From: Acidimicrobiia bacterium
GTDB lineage: Bacteria; Actinomycetota; Acidimicrobiia; IMCC26256; JAENVU01
Direction of reading: 5' to 3'
Assembly (NCBI GenBank): GCA_038252255.1
Contig: JBBSAM010000005.1
Coordinates: forward strand, 94,040-158,039
Length of the DNA stretch: 64,000 nucleotides
Shown here: positions 1-9,224 of the stretch, piece after piece
How positions within the stretch are numbered: the first letter of the stretch is position 1
How the letters are laid out: every line of letters starts with the position of its first letter
The notes under the pieces: model-generated
What the model was told of the DNA's origin: nothing
What the model saw: only the letters and a program-made list of their open reading frames with translations
The model's database searches: none
Program-made: the position numbers and the translations under genes

Positions 1-840
1 TCGAAGCGGTTGCCCGACGACGAGCGGCGCCGGCTGCGCAAGGTGCTCGAGGGCATCCGGCCCGCGGACGCCGGCCTGATCGTGCGTACCGCGGCGGAAG
101 GCGCCACACCCGACGAGCTCGCCCGTGACCTGGCGCGGCTCCAGGACCAGTGGAAGCAGATCTCCGCACTCGCCGAGCGGGGCAAGCCGGCGAAGCTGCT
201 GTACCAGGAGCCCGCGCTCGTCGTCCGGGTCATCCGCGAGGAGTTCACCAAGGAGTACCGCTCGATCGTCATCGACGATCCCGCGCTCTACGAAGACGTG
301 AAGGGCTACGTGGAGGCGATCGCACCGGAGCTGGCGGAACGCGTCGAGCTGTACGACGACCCCGACCTTCCGGTGTTCGAGCGCTTCCACGTGCACGAGC
401 AGCTCCACAAGGCGCTCGATCGCAAGGTCTGGCTGCATTCGGGTGGTTCGCTCATCATCGAGCGCACCGAGGCCCTGACCGTGATCGACGTCAACACCGG
501 CAAGAACGTCGGCAAGTCGAACCTGGAGGAGACCGTCTTCGTCAACAACCTCGAGGCGGCCGACGAGGTGGCCCGCCAGCTCCGGCTGCGGGACATCGGG
601 GGCATCATCGTCATCGACTTCATCGACATGGAGATCCGCAAGAACCGCGACGAGGTGATCAAGGCCTTCCGGGAGGCGCTCGCGCGGGACAAGACCCGTA
701 CCCAGGTCTTCGACATCTCGGAGCTCGGTCTGGTCGAGATGACCCGGAAGCGGATCTCCGAGGGGCTGGTCGAGGCATTCTCCGAGACCTGCCCCAGCTG
801 CGCCGGGCGTGGTTTCCTGGTTGACGAGTCGATGCTGTAA
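1..840 (+). CDS. Ribonuclease E/G family protein, 3' part (5' end outside window)
   Basis: The frame is open from nt 1 (track ORF 10..840). The translation has RNase E/G catalytic-core style segments (TVIDVNTGK, DIGGIIVIDFIDM, CPSCAGRG). It sits in the conserved position upstream of rplU-rpmA-obg. Confidence 0.8.
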   Translation, partial: SKRLPDDERRRLRKVLEGIRPADAGLIVRTAAEGATPDELARDLARLQDQWKQISALAERGKPAKLLYQEPALVVRVIREEFTKEYRSIVIDDPALYEDVKGYVEAIAPELAERVELYDDPDLPVFERFHVHEQLHKALDRKVWLHSGGSLIIERTEALTVIDVNTGKNVGKSNLEETVFVNNLEAADEVARQLRLRDIGGIIVIDFIDMEIRKNRDEVIKAFREALARDKTRTQVFDISELGLVEMTRKRISEGLVEAFSETCPSCAGRGFLVDESML

Positions 841-882
841 AGTCCCCAGGTTCCCCCGCGAGTCTCGAGGATCTCACGCGCC

Positions 883-1191
883 ATGTACGCAGTGATCGCC
901 ACCGGCGGCAAGCAATACAAGGTTGAAGAGGGCCAGCGCCTCGACGTCGAGCGGCTCGGTGCCGCCGAGGGCGAGGTCGAGCTGCGCCCCGTGCTCCTCG
1001 TCGACGGGCCGTCCGTCCTCGCCACGCCGTCCCAGCTCGGCTCGGCGACCGTGACGGCCATGGTCGTGGGCGACGCCCGGGGGCCGAAGATCGACGGGTT
1101 CACCTACAAGCCGAAGACGAACAACCGGCGCCGGTGGGGCCACCGCCAGAAGTACACGACGATCGAGATCACGGCGATCACCAAGGGCTGA
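883..1191 (+). CDS. rplU: 50S ribosomal protein L21
   Basis: The N-terminus [17 protein letters not shown] is the classic bL21 signature. The protein is 102 aa and is followed directly by rpmA. Confidence 0.97.
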   Translation: MYAVIATGGKQYKVEEGQRLDVERLGAAEGEVELRPVLLVDGPSVLATPSQLGSATVTAMVVGDARGPKIDGFTYKPKTNNRRRWGHRQKYTTIEITAITKG

Positions 1192-1211
1192 CCGGCCCGG
1201 AGGGAAGCACC

Positions 1212-1472
1212 ATGTCGAAGAAGAAGGGCGCCGCCTCCTCCCGGAACGGTCGCGACTCCAATGCGCAGCGGCTCGGGGTCAAGGTGTCGAGCGGTACCGT
1301 CGTGTCGGCCGGGACGATCATCGTCCGCCAGCGCGGCACGCGGTTTCACCCGGGCGAGAACGTCGGCCTGGGCAAGGACGACACGCTGTTCGCTCGCGCC
1401 CACGGCATGGTGCAGTTCGGGCACCGCAAGGGTCGCAAGCTCGTCGACGTGTTGCCCGCAACTCCTGCCTGA
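1212..1472 (+). CDS. rpmA: 50S ribosomal protein L27
   Basis: [24 protein letters not shown]... is the bL27 signature. The ATG at 1212 is preceded by GGAGGGAAG. The upstream extension of the track ORF (1134) was not used. Confidence 0.95.
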   Translation: MSKKKGAASSRNGRDSNAQRLGVKVSSGTVVSAGTIIVRQRGTRFHPGENVGLGKDDTLFARAHGMVQFGHRKGRKLVDVLPATPA

Positions 1473-1504
1473 ACGGCTCGGAGGCGCAATAGCCTCTCTT
1501 CGTC

Positions 1505-2755
1505 ATGAGTAAGAGCGGGCACCGAGGTTTCGTCGACGAGGCGCAGCTCAACGTGCGCGGCGGCGACGGCGGCGCCGGGTGTGTCTCGATGCGGCGGGAA
1601 GCGCACGTCCCGAAGGGGGGTCCCGACGGCGGGGACGGAGGCAAGGGCGGCGACGTCTGGCTGAAGGCCGACCGCAACGTCGCGTCGCTGCTCGCGTTCC
1701 GCGATCACCCGCACCGCAAGGCGAAGTCCGGCACCCACGGCTCCGGGAACCAGCGCCACGGTGCGAGCGGCGAGGACCTCATCGTCCACGTGCCCGAAGG
1801 CACGACGATCAGGAACCATGAGACGCACGAGATCGTCGCCGACCTCATCAAGCACGGTGACACCTGGCTCGCCGCCCGCGGCGGCCGGGGCGGGCGGGGC
1901 AACACCCGTTTCCTCTCGAACGCGCGTCGCGCCCCGAGCTTCGCCGAGCAGGGTGAGTACGGCGAGCAGCAGTGGCTCGACCTCGAGCTGCGGCTCATGG
2001 CCGACGCCGCCCTCGTGGGCTTCCCCAACTCGGGCAAGTCGACGCTGATCTCGACGGTGAGCGCCGCCAAGCCGAAGATCGCCAACTACCCCTTCACCAC
2101 GCTCGAGCCGAACCTGGGCGTCGTGCGCTTCCAGGACCACGAGTTCGTCGTCGCCGACATCCCGGGGCTGATCGAAGGGGCGGCGGAAGGCAAGGGTCTC
2201 GGTCACCAGTTCCTGCGCCACGTCGAGCGGGCCCGGGTCCTCGTGGTGCTGCTCGACCTCGCACCCATGGACGACCGCAGCCCGCAGGAGCAGGAGCGCA
2301 TCCTGCTCGACGAGCTGCGCCGCTACCGGCCCGAGCTGCTCGGGCGGCCGCGGATCGTCGTGGGCACCAAGACCGATGTTGCGACGCATGAGTACGACGG
2401 CCTCTGCATCTCCGCCGTCGCGCACCAGGGTCTCGACGAGCTGCTCGGCCGGCTCGGCACCCTGATCGACGAGGCGCGCAACGTCGAGCCCGAGCCCGCA
2501 CCGTTCGTCGTGTACCGCCCCGAGGAAGAGGGCTTCGTCGTGCGGCGCGACGACGACGGTGCCTGGCGGATCAGCGGTCGCTCGGCCGAGCGGGTCGTCG
2601 CGGTCGCGGATCTCACCAACGAGGAAGCGCTGTCGTACGTGCAGGAACGGTTCCGGCGGATGGGCGTGGAGAAGGCGCTGGCCAAGGCGGGCGCGCAGGA
2701 AGGTGATCTGGTGCGCGTCGGGCCGGTCGAGCTCGAGTACGTCGAAGGCCTCTGA
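1505..2755 (+). CDS. obg: GTPase Obg/CgtA
   Basis: It has the Gly-rich Obg fold (GGDGGAGCVS, GGPDGGDGGKGG), the G1 motif GFPNSGKST, and a C-terminal OCT-like domain. Synteny follows rpmA. Confidence 0.95.
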   Translation: MSKSGHRGFVDEAQLNVRGGDGGAGCVSMRREAHVPKGGPDGGDGGKGGDVWLKADRNVASLLAFRDHPHRKAKSGTHGSGNQRHGASGEDLIVHVPEGTTIRNHETHEIVADLIKHGDTWLAARGGRGGRGNTRFLSNARRAPSFAEQGEYGEQQWLDLELRLMADAALVGFPNSGKSTLISTVSAAKPKIANYPFTTLEPNLGVVRFQDHEFVVADIPGLIEGAAEGKGLGHQFLRHVERARVLVVLLDLAPMDDRSPQEQERILLDELRRYRPELLGRPRIVVGTKTDVATHEYDGLCISAVAHQGLDELLGRLGTLIDEARNVEPEPAPFVVYRPEEEGFVVRRDDDGAWRISGRSAERVVAVADLTNEEALSYVQERFRRMGVEKALAKAGAQEGDLVRVGPVELEYVEGL

Positions 2756-2756
2756 C

Positions 2757-3842
2757 GTGCTCGCGGTGGTGAAGGTCGGTTCGTCGTCGGTCACGTCGGA
2801 CGCGGGCGAGATCGACGACGCGGCCCTCCGCAAGCTGTGCTCGGAGCTGGTGGCGGCCCGCCGCGCGGGTCACCACGTGCTGCTCGTGTGCTCGGGCGCG
2901 ATCTCGGCCGGATTGCCGGCCCTCGGTCTCGGACGCCGGCCGACCGACATCGGCACGCTGCAGGCACTTGCCGCGGTCGGCCAGCCGCGTCTGATGGAAC
3001 GGTTCGGGGCGATCCTCGCCGAGGAGCAGGTCGTCGTCGGTCAGGTCCTGGTCACGCCGTTCGACTTCGGGCACCGGACCCAGTACCTGCACGCGCGTGA
3101 GACGTTGCGCCGCCTGCTCGAGCTGGGTGTGCTCCCGGTCGTGAACGAGAACGACACGGTGGCCGACGACGAGATCCGCTACGGCGACAACGATCGCATC
3201 GCCGCACTGGTCGCGAACATGGTCCATGCCGAGGTGCTCGTGCTCCTGACCGACACCGCGGGTTTGTTCACCGCCGATCCGCGCCTCGACTCCGACGCCT
3301 CGCTGATCGAGGAGATCGCGGCGGTGGACGAGGCGCTCGAAGCCGTGGCGGGTGGCACCGGCTCGGCGCGGGGGAGCGGGGGCATGGCGAGCAAGCTCGC
3401 TGCGGCCAAGATCGCCTCCTGGTCGGGGGTCCGTGCGGTGATCGCGGGGGCGGACGAGCCGGGCGTGGTCATGGATGCCCTGGCCGGCAAGCCCGTCGGG
3501 ACCGTCGTGCAGCCCCACGCCGGACGCCTCCCGAGCCGCAAGCTCTGGATCGCGTTCGCGGTGGGCGCGGCCGGGCGGGTGGTCGTCGACGACGGGGCGC
3601 GCCGCGCGTTGGTGTCACAGGGGCGGTCGCTCCTGGCCGCAGGCGTGCGTGGCGTCGAGGGTGAGTTCGACGCCGACGACGCCGTCGAGGTCGTCGGCGA
3701 AGATGGCCGCCCGTTCGCCAAGGGGCTCGTGCGCTATCCCGCGGCCCGCTTGCGCGCGGTCGCGGGGTTGCGCTCCGGTGACTTGCCGGACGGCGCGCCG
3801 GCCGAGGTCATTCATCGCGACGACCTCGTCGTGCTCGCGTAG
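2757..3842 (+). CDS. proB: Glutamate 5-kinase (with C-terminal PUA domain)
   Basis: An in-frame GTG lies 1 nt after the obg stop. The N-terminus VLAVVKVGSSSVT... is amino-acid-kinase-like and the tail is PUA-like. The upstream part of track ORF 2559..3842 overlaps obg and was not used. Confidence 0.9.
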   Translation: MLAVVKVGSSSVTSDAGEIDDAALRKLCSELVAARRAGHHVLLVCSGAISAGLPALGLGRRPTDIGTLQALAAVGQPRLMERFGAILAEEQVVVGQVLVTPFDFGHRTQYLHARETLRRLLELGVLPVVNENDTVADDEIRYGDNDRIAALVANMVHAEVLVLLTDTAGLFTADPRLDSDASLIEEIAAVDEALEAVAGGTGSARGSGGMASKLAAAKIASWSGVRAVIAGADEPGVVMDALAGKPVGTVVQPHAGRLPSRKLWIAFAVGAAGRVVVDDGARRALVSQGRSLLAAGVRGVEGEFDADDAVEVVGEDGRPFAKGLVRYPAARLRAVAGLRSGDLPDGAPAEVIHRDDLVVLA

Positions 3843-4175
3843 CTGATCGTCCGTCGTCACGGCGGTTCCGGCGAGGACCGGACGCGATTCGCATGCAGCC
3901 GACCGCCAGCCACCCGGAGATCTTCTGAAGGCAGACGCGAGCGGGGCCGCAGCGACTGTGTCAGCTGCGACCCCGCGCTCCCCGACCTGCTGTGGGCCCG
4001 GTTACCCGTCTCCGCCCATTCCGTGCGATCCGGGTTCTTTCCGGGCCCTCCCCCCGTACCAGCAGGTGAGAACCACGCACAGTGTGACCTAGGCCACAAG
4101 AGAAGGCAACTACTTCCTTCTCTTCGACCGTGCTCCCGTCACGCTCCGAGGTTCTGCGGCGCCGAAATCTCAGGA

Positions 4176-4202
4176 CTTGACCGAGCGGTCAAGGATTACA
4201 CT
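4176..4202 (+). promoter_or_regulatory. Inverted repeat CTTGACC-GAGC-GGTCAAG plus TACACT -10-like hexamer 6 nt upstream of the proA ATG
   Basis: The 7+7 bp inverted repeat spans 4176-4193. TACACT lies at 4197-4202 and the ATG at 4209. The geometry fits an operator over a leaderless promoter. Confidence 0.3.
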
Positions 4203-4208
4203 CGGCCC

Positions 4209-5462
4209 ATGCCTGCTGCTGCCGTGACCGATCTGGGTCGCCGGGCGCAGCGGGCGGCGCGGGTCCTGGCGACGGCGTCCACCGGGGCCAAGGACGCCGG
4301 GCTCCTGGCCGCAGCCGAGGTGCTGGAGCAGCGGGCGCCGGAGGTGCTGGGCGCCAACCGGGCCGATCTGGATGCCGCGGCCGCAGCCGGGATCGAAGCC
4401 GGCCCCTTCGATCGGCTGCGCCTGACCGACGCCCGGATCGGGGCCATGGCCGCCGGCCTGCGCCAGGTCGCCACGCTGCCCGACCCCGTCGGGGAGATCC
4501 TCGACGGCTGGCGGCGGCCGAACGGGCTCGAGATCCAACGGGTCCGGGTACCCCTCGGGGTGGTGGCGATCATCTACGAGAACCGCCCGAACGTCACGTC
4601 GGACGCCGCGGGCCTGTGCCTCAAGTCGGGGAACGCCGCGCTGCTGCGCGGCAGCGGCACGGCACTGCGCTCCAACCTGGCCGTCGCGGGCGCGCTGCGC
4701 GAGGGGTTCGCGAAGGCGGGATTGCCCGAAGACGCGCTCGTGCTCGTGGACGACGTCTCGCACGAGACCGCGGTCGAGGTGATGCAGCTCACGGACTACG
4801 TCGACTGCCTCATCCCCCGCGGCGGTCCGGCGCTCATCCGCAGCGTCCGCGAGAACGCCACTGTCCCGGTCATCATCGATGGTGACGGCAACTGCCACGT
4901 GTACGTGGACGCGGCCGCGGATCTCGACACGGCGCTGGACATCGTGGTCAACGCCAAGACGCAGCGGCCCAGCGTGTGCAACGCGGCCGAGTCGCTCGTG
5001 GTGCACGAAGCCGTCGCCGATGCGTTCCTGCCCCGGGTCTGCGCGGCGCTGACCGCGGAAGGCGTGGAGCTGCGCGGGGATGCAGGGGCCCGCCGACGAG
5101 TCGCGAACATGGGCGTCGCAACCGATGACGACTTCGGGCGCGAGTTCTCGGCTCTGGTGCTCAGCATCGCGACCGTGCCGACCCTCGACGCGGCCATCGA
5201 TCACGTGAACCGGTTCGGGACCGGGCACACCGAGGCGATTCTCACGGGTGATCTCACGGCGGCCCGCCGGTTCACGCACGAGGTGGATGCCGCGGTGGTC
5301 GTGGTGAACGCCTCCACGCGGTTCACCGATGGTGAGGAGTTCGGCTTCGGCGCCGAGATCGGGATCTCGACCCAGAAGCTGCACGCGCGCGGCCCGATGG
5401 GACTGCGGGAGCTGACGACGTACAAATACGTCGTCTGGGGCGACGGACAGGTGAGGACTTAG
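4209..5462 (+). CDS. proA: Gamma-glutamyl phosphate reductase
   Basis: It starts at ATG 4209 (MPAAAVTDLGRRAQ...). It has aldehyde-dehydrogenase-like ProA sequence with the CNAAESLVVH active-site region. The 62 upstream codons of the track ORF look non-coding. Confidence 0.92.
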   Translation: MPAAAVTDLGRRAQRAARVLATASTGAKDAGLLAAAEVLEQRAPEVLGANRADLDAAAAAGIEAGPFDRLRLTDARIGAMAAGLRQVATLPDPVGEILDGWRRPNGLEIQRVRVPLGVVAIIYENRPNVTSDAAGLCLKSGNAALLRGSGTALRSNLAVAGALREGFAKAGLPEDALVLVDDVSHETAVEVMQLTDYVDCLIPRGGPALIRSVRENATVPVIIDGDGNCHVYVDAAADLDTALDIVVNAKTQRPSVCNAAESLVVHEAVADAFLPRVCAALTAEGVELRGDAGARRRVANMGVATDDDFGREFSALVLSIATVPTLDAAIDHVNRFGTGHTEAILTGDLTAARRFTHEVDAAVVVVNASTRFTDGEEFGFGAEIGISTQKLHARGPMGLRELTTYKYVVWGDGQVRT

Positions 5463-6365
5463 GTGGCCGAGCGTTTCAAGTCAGTCGACGACGTGGTCGA
5501 GCGCCTCCGCGGCGCGGACTACCTCGCGGATACCGGCATCGCGGGCGTCGTGTACCTCGCCGACCGGTTGGAGAAGCCGGTGCTCGTCGAGGGTCCGGCG
5601 GGGGTGGGCAAGACGGAGCTGGCCAAGGCGATCGCCGAGGTCACCGGCTCGCGGCTCATCCGGCTGCAGTGCTACGAGGGTCTGGACGAGTCCAAGGCGC
5701 TGTACGAGTGGAACTACAAGAAGCAGCTGCTGCGCATCCAGGCGGACCGTGAGCACGAGACGGACTGGGCCACGGTGGAGTCGGACATCTTCGCGGAGCC
5801 GTTTCTGCTCACGCGGCCACTGCTCGAGGCGATCCGCGCGGACGAGCCGATTGTGCTGCTCATCGACGAGGTCGACCGGGTGGAGATCGAGACCGAGGCT
5901 CTGTTGCTCGAGGTGCTCTCGGACTTCCAGGTCTCGATCCCGGAGCTCGGGACGATCGTCGGGAAGCAACGCCCGATCGTGGTGCTCACGTCGAACAACA
6001 CGCGCGAGCTGTCCGAGGCGCTGAAGCGGCGCTGCCTCTACCTCCACATCGACTACCCCGATCTCGAGCGCGAGAAGGAGATCGTGCGGGTGCGGGTGCC
6101 GGAGATCGACGAGGCACTCGCGGAGCAGATCGCGCAGGTGGTGCGTTCGATCCGGGCGCTGGACCTGAAGAAGGCCCCGTCGATCTCGGAGACGATCGAC
6201 TGGGCCCGTACGCTCCTGTACCTCGGGCACGGCGCGGTCGACCCGCAGGTGATCGGCGAGACGTTGCACGTCTTGCTGAAGTACCAGACCGACATCGCGA
6301 AGGCCCGCAAGGAGCTGGTCGAGCAGCCGAAGGTGGGCCCAGGTCTCCCGGCATCCCGGGGATGA
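5463..6365 (+). CDS. MoxR-family AAA+ ATPase (CoxD-like)
   Basis: It has Walker A GPAGVGKT and Walker B LLIDEVD, and is about 300 aa. The GTG start immediately follows the proA stop. A VWA/CoxE-like partner follows. Confidence 0.85.
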   Translation: MAERFKSVDDVVERLRGADYLADTGIAGVVYLADRLEKPVLVEGPAGVGKTELAKAIAEVTGSRLIRLQCYEGLDESKALYEWNYKKQLLRIQADREHETDWATVESDIFAEPFLLTRPLLEAIRADEPIVLLIDEVDRVEIETEALLLEVLSDFQVSIPELGTIVGKQRPIVVLTSNNTRELSEALKRRCLYLHIDYPDLEREKEIVRVRVPEIDEALAEQIAQVVRSIRALDLKKAPSISETIDWARTLLYLGHGAVDPQVIGETLHVLLKYQTDIAKARKELVEQPKVGPGLPASRG

Positions 6366-6375
6366 CTCGCGTGCG

Positions 6376-7899
6376 ATGCACTTCGAGAAGCTGACGGACG
6401 CAATGGCCCGGAACCAGATCGAGGTCGCGTCGGGCGTGGGCAGCGGCGTCATGCTCGACGTGCTGCAGGGATTCGTCCACGAGCTGCGCGCCGCGGGGCT
6501 CCCGGTCTCGATGACCGAGAACCTGGACGCGATGCGCGGGGTCGAGCAGATCCCGCTCACCGAGCGCGAGGCGTTCCGCGAGGTGCTCGCGGCCACATTG
6601 GTGAAGAGCTTCCGCCACCGCCGCGCGTTCGACACGGTGTTCGACGTCTACTTCTCGCTGTACACGGGCGGGGTGGACGGTGACGGCGAGCCGGGCTCCG
6701 AGATGGGCCAGGCGGACGAGCAGGGCGGGATCCCGGGCCAGCAGGGCAGCGGGGGGTCGGGCGAGGGAATGAGCAACGAGGAGCTCGCCGAGATGCTCCT
6801 CAACGCGCTCATGAACATGGACCAGGACCAGCTCCGCCAGATCGCGGCGATGGCCGTGACGCGCTTTGCCGGGATGGAGCCCGGGCGCCCGGTGGGCGGG
6901 ACCTACTACCTGTACCGAACGCTCCGTCAGCTCGACTACGACGGTCTGGCCGCGCGGCTGATGGAGCGCGCGCAGCAACAGGGACAGGGCCAGGGTGAGG
7001 GAGAAGGCGACGAGGGTGATCTCCAGGCCCGGTTCGCGCGCGACGAGTACGAGGCTCGCCTCCGTGAGCTGCGGGACATGATCGAGGCGGAGATCCGGCG
7101 CCGGCTCGTCGCCGATCGCGGGGTCGAGGCGATGGCGCGCACGCTGCGTAAGCCGCTCCCCGAGGACATCGACTTCATGCATGCGTCGCGCGAGGAGATG
7201 CAGCAGCTGCAGCGCGCAATCGAGCCGCTCACCCGCGCGCTCGCGGCCCGCCTGGCCCAGCGACGCAAGCGCAAGAACCGCGGACACCTTGACTTCCGCT
7301 CGACGGTCCGCCACTCACTGTCGTACGGGGGTGTGCCGGCCGAGCCGAAGTTCAAGAGCCCGCGACCGTCCAAGCCTGAGATCATGGTGGTCGCCGACAT
7401 CTCGGGCTCGGTCGCGAGCTTCGCCCGCTTCACGCTGCAGTTCGTCTACGCGATCGCGGGGCAGTTCTCGAAGGTGCGGTCGTGGGTGTTCATCGACGGC
7501 ATCGACGAGGTCACGCGCTTCTTCCAGGAGTCCGACGAGCTCACCGAGGCGGTGCAACGGGTGAACACGGAGGCGGACGTCGTCTGGGTCGACGGCCACT
7601 CGGACTACGGGCACGCGTTCGAGGTCTTCCGGGACCGTCACCTCGCCGAGATCACGCCCAAGACCTCGATCATCCTGCTCGGCGACGCACGCAACAACTA
7701 CCACGCCGCGCAGGCGTGGGTGTTGAAGGATCTGCGCCAGCGCGCGCGCAGGTTGTACTGGCTGAACCCCGAGCCGCGCGGCTACTGGGACACGGGCGAC
7801 TCGATCGTCTCCGAGTACGGCGTGCACTGCGACGGCGTCTACGAATGTCGCAACCTGCGCCAGCTCCAGCGCTTCGTGACGGCCGTCGTCGAGCAGTAG
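6376..7899 (+). CDS. VWA domain protein (CoxE-like)
   Basis: The C-terminal von Willebrand A domain has a MIDAS-like DISGS motif (VVADISGSV). There is a low-complexity acidic/Gly linker (QGQGQGEGEGDEGD). It is paired with MoxR. Confidence 0.8.
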   Translation: MHFEKLTDAMARNQIEVASGVGSGVMLDVLQGFVHELRAAGLPVSMTENLDAMRGVEQIPLTEREAFREVLAATLVKSFRHRRAFDTVFDVYFSLYTGGVDGDGEPGSEMGQADEQGGIPGQQGSGGSGEGMSNEELAEMLLNALMNMDQDQLRQIAAMAVTRFAGMEPGRPVGGTYYLYRTLRQLDYDGLAARLMERAQQQGQGQGEGEGDEGDLQARFARDEYEARLRELRDMIEAEIRRRLVADRGVEAMARTLRKPLPEDIDFMHASREEMQQLQRAIEPLTRALAARLAQRRKRKNRGHLDFRSTVRHSLSYGGVPAEPKFKSPRPSKPEIMVVADISGSVASFARFTLQFVYAIAGQFSKVRSWVFIDGIDEVTRFFQESDELTEAVQRVNTEADVVWVDGHSDYGHAFEVFRDRHLAEITPKTSIILLGDARNNYHAAQAWVLKDLRQRARRLYWLNPEPRGYWDTGDSIVSEYGVHCDGVYECRNLRQLQRFVTAVVEQ

Positions 7900-7910
7900 G
7901 TGGGTAGGGG

Positions 7911-8555
7911 TCAGCGGTCGAGGAGCTGCCAGGCGCGGTCGGCCACGCGGGCGAGCGCCATCAGCTGGGCGCGTTCGCGGAGCCGGAAGGTCTGGCCGGC
8001 CCGCCCGACGAGCAGCACCGCCCCCAGGTGCTCGAGTGCGGCGACCGCCAGGTCCACCGGCCCGGCCGCACCGTCGGCGACGGATGGCGACGCCAGCGTG
8101 CCGCGGGCGAGCGCCTCGAGCTGATCCGCGGCGGGCGCGTCACCGGCGACCGCGAGCAGCGCGGCGTCGCAGATCAGCGCGCTCCACTCCGCGAGGAACT
8201 CGCGACGGGTCTGGGCCACGAGCCGCTCGGCGAGTGCCATCGTGCTCTCCGCCTCGCAGAGCTTCGCCGCGGACTCGAGCGCATCGAGGCGCGGGTCGGG
8301 GAAGCGGCCGACGATCCGCACCTCCTCGACCGAGGCTCCGTCGACCTCTTCCACCTCGCGGACGAGGACCGAGAGCAGCTCGATGTCACCGAGGCGTACC
8401 GCGAACTCGTCGATGACGACACCCTCGCCGCGCTCCAGGACGTCGATGCCGACGATGTCGCCCCGCACCGCACCGATCCGAGAGGCCACGAGACCGAGCG
8501 CACCGGGCCGGTCCGGGAGCCAGACGCGCACGAGGACACTCGCTGCCTCACCCAT
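7911..8555 (-). CDS. ACT domain-containing protein (C-terminal GAF-like region)
   Basis: The N-terminal region LVRVWLPDRPGALGLVASRIGAVRGDIVGIDVL is typical of an ACT fold. Third-position GC bias is good. It is divergent from nadD. Confidence 0.65.
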   Translation of the reverse strand: MGEAASVLVRVWLPDRPGALGLVASRIGAVRGDIVGIDVLERGEGVVIDEFAVRLGDIELLSVLVREVEEVDGASVEEVRIVGRFPDPRLDALESAAKLCEAESTMALAERLVAQTRREFLAEWSALICDAALLAVAGDAPAADQLEALARGTLASPSVADGAAGPVDLAVAALEHLGAVLLVGRAGQTFRLRERAQLMALARVADRAWQLLDR

Positions 8556-8645
8556 CGCCCCACCTTACGGACTGCTGCAAATCGTCAGGGTTACGGCCCT
8601 GTGAACGGAATGCTCCCAGGAGTGTGACGGTCGTAGACTTCGGAC

Positions 8646-9224
8646 GTGCCGGAGCGACTGGGGATCCTCGGTGGCACCTTCGACCCGGTCCATGTCGGCC
8701 ACATCGTCGCCGCGGTCAACGTCCGAGCGGACCAGGGCCTCGATCGGGTGCTCGTGGTGCCGGCGGGGGATCCGTGGCAGAAGCGGGGCCTCGTCGTCGC
8801 CTCGCCGGAGCAGCGGCTCGCGATGGTCGAGCTCGCGTGCCACGGCCTCGAGGGGGTCGAAGCCTCACGGGTCGAGGTGGACGCCGCCGGGCCGTCGGTC
8901 ACCGCGGACACCCTCGAGCGGCTGGCGGCCCCGGATCGCGAGCTCTCCCTCCTGCTCGGTGCGGACGCAGTCGCGAACATGCCGACGTGGCGGCGGCTCG
9001 AGGAGACCCGAGACCTCGCCCGGATCGTGGTCGTGGAACGCGCCGGGGAGCACGCAGATCCTCCCGGCCCGGGTTGGCGATTCGAGCACGTGACGATTCC
9101 CAGGCTCGACGTCTCGTCCTCGGACATCCGGGACCGCGTCGCCGCCGGCCGGCCGATCGACGGCCTGACGGCGGCCGAAGTGGTGCAATTCATCCGGGAA
9201 CACGACCTCTACACTCTCGGCTGA
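8646..9224 (+). CDS. nadD: Nicotinate-nucleotide adenylyltransferase
   Basis: It carries GILGGTFDPVHVGH (the (H/T)xGH nucleotidyltransferase motif) and an SSSDIR (ISSTxxR-like) motif. Confidence 0.93.
   Translation: MPERLGILGGTFDPVHVGHIVAAVNVRADQGLDRVLVVPAGDPWQKRGLVVASPEQRLAMVELACHGLEGVEASRVEVDAAGPSVTADTLERLAAPDRELSLLLGADAVANMPTWRRLEETRDLARIVVVERAGEHADPPGPGWRFEHVTIPRLDVSSSDIRDRVAAGRPIDGLTAAEVVQFIREHDLYTLG

Noticed and set aside
1346-2833. A 495-aa ORF antisense to obg. Similar very long antisense or out-of-frame ORFs occur at 5986-7314, 22337-24412, 35496-37430, 47010-49673 and 60183-62033.
   Set aside because: Their translations are Arg/Pro/Ala/Gly-rich low-complexity sequence with no recognisable domains. 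They lie opposite or out of frame to genes with unambiguous homology. These are typical stop-codon-poor shadow ORFs of high-GC DNA.
4176-4193. Whether the CTTGACC-N4-GGTCAAG palindrome is an HspR HAIR element.
   Set aside because: HAIR is CTTGAGT-N7-ACTCAAG. The arm sequence and the spacer length (4 versus 7) do not fit, and proA is not a heat-shock gene.
8461-8520. A possible third copy of the mini-ORF core (GAGCG..CCGGGCCG..GGGAGC) inside the ACT-domain gene.
   Set aside because: Only short GC-rich words match. There is no extended ungapped similarity, and the region is coding on the opposite strand.
8624-9223. The upstream 200 codons of ORF 8624..10507, which would extend the LCP protein.
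   Set aside because: They overlap nadD in a different frame and have junk-like composition. An ATG overlapping the nadD stop (9224) gives a normal LCP protein.
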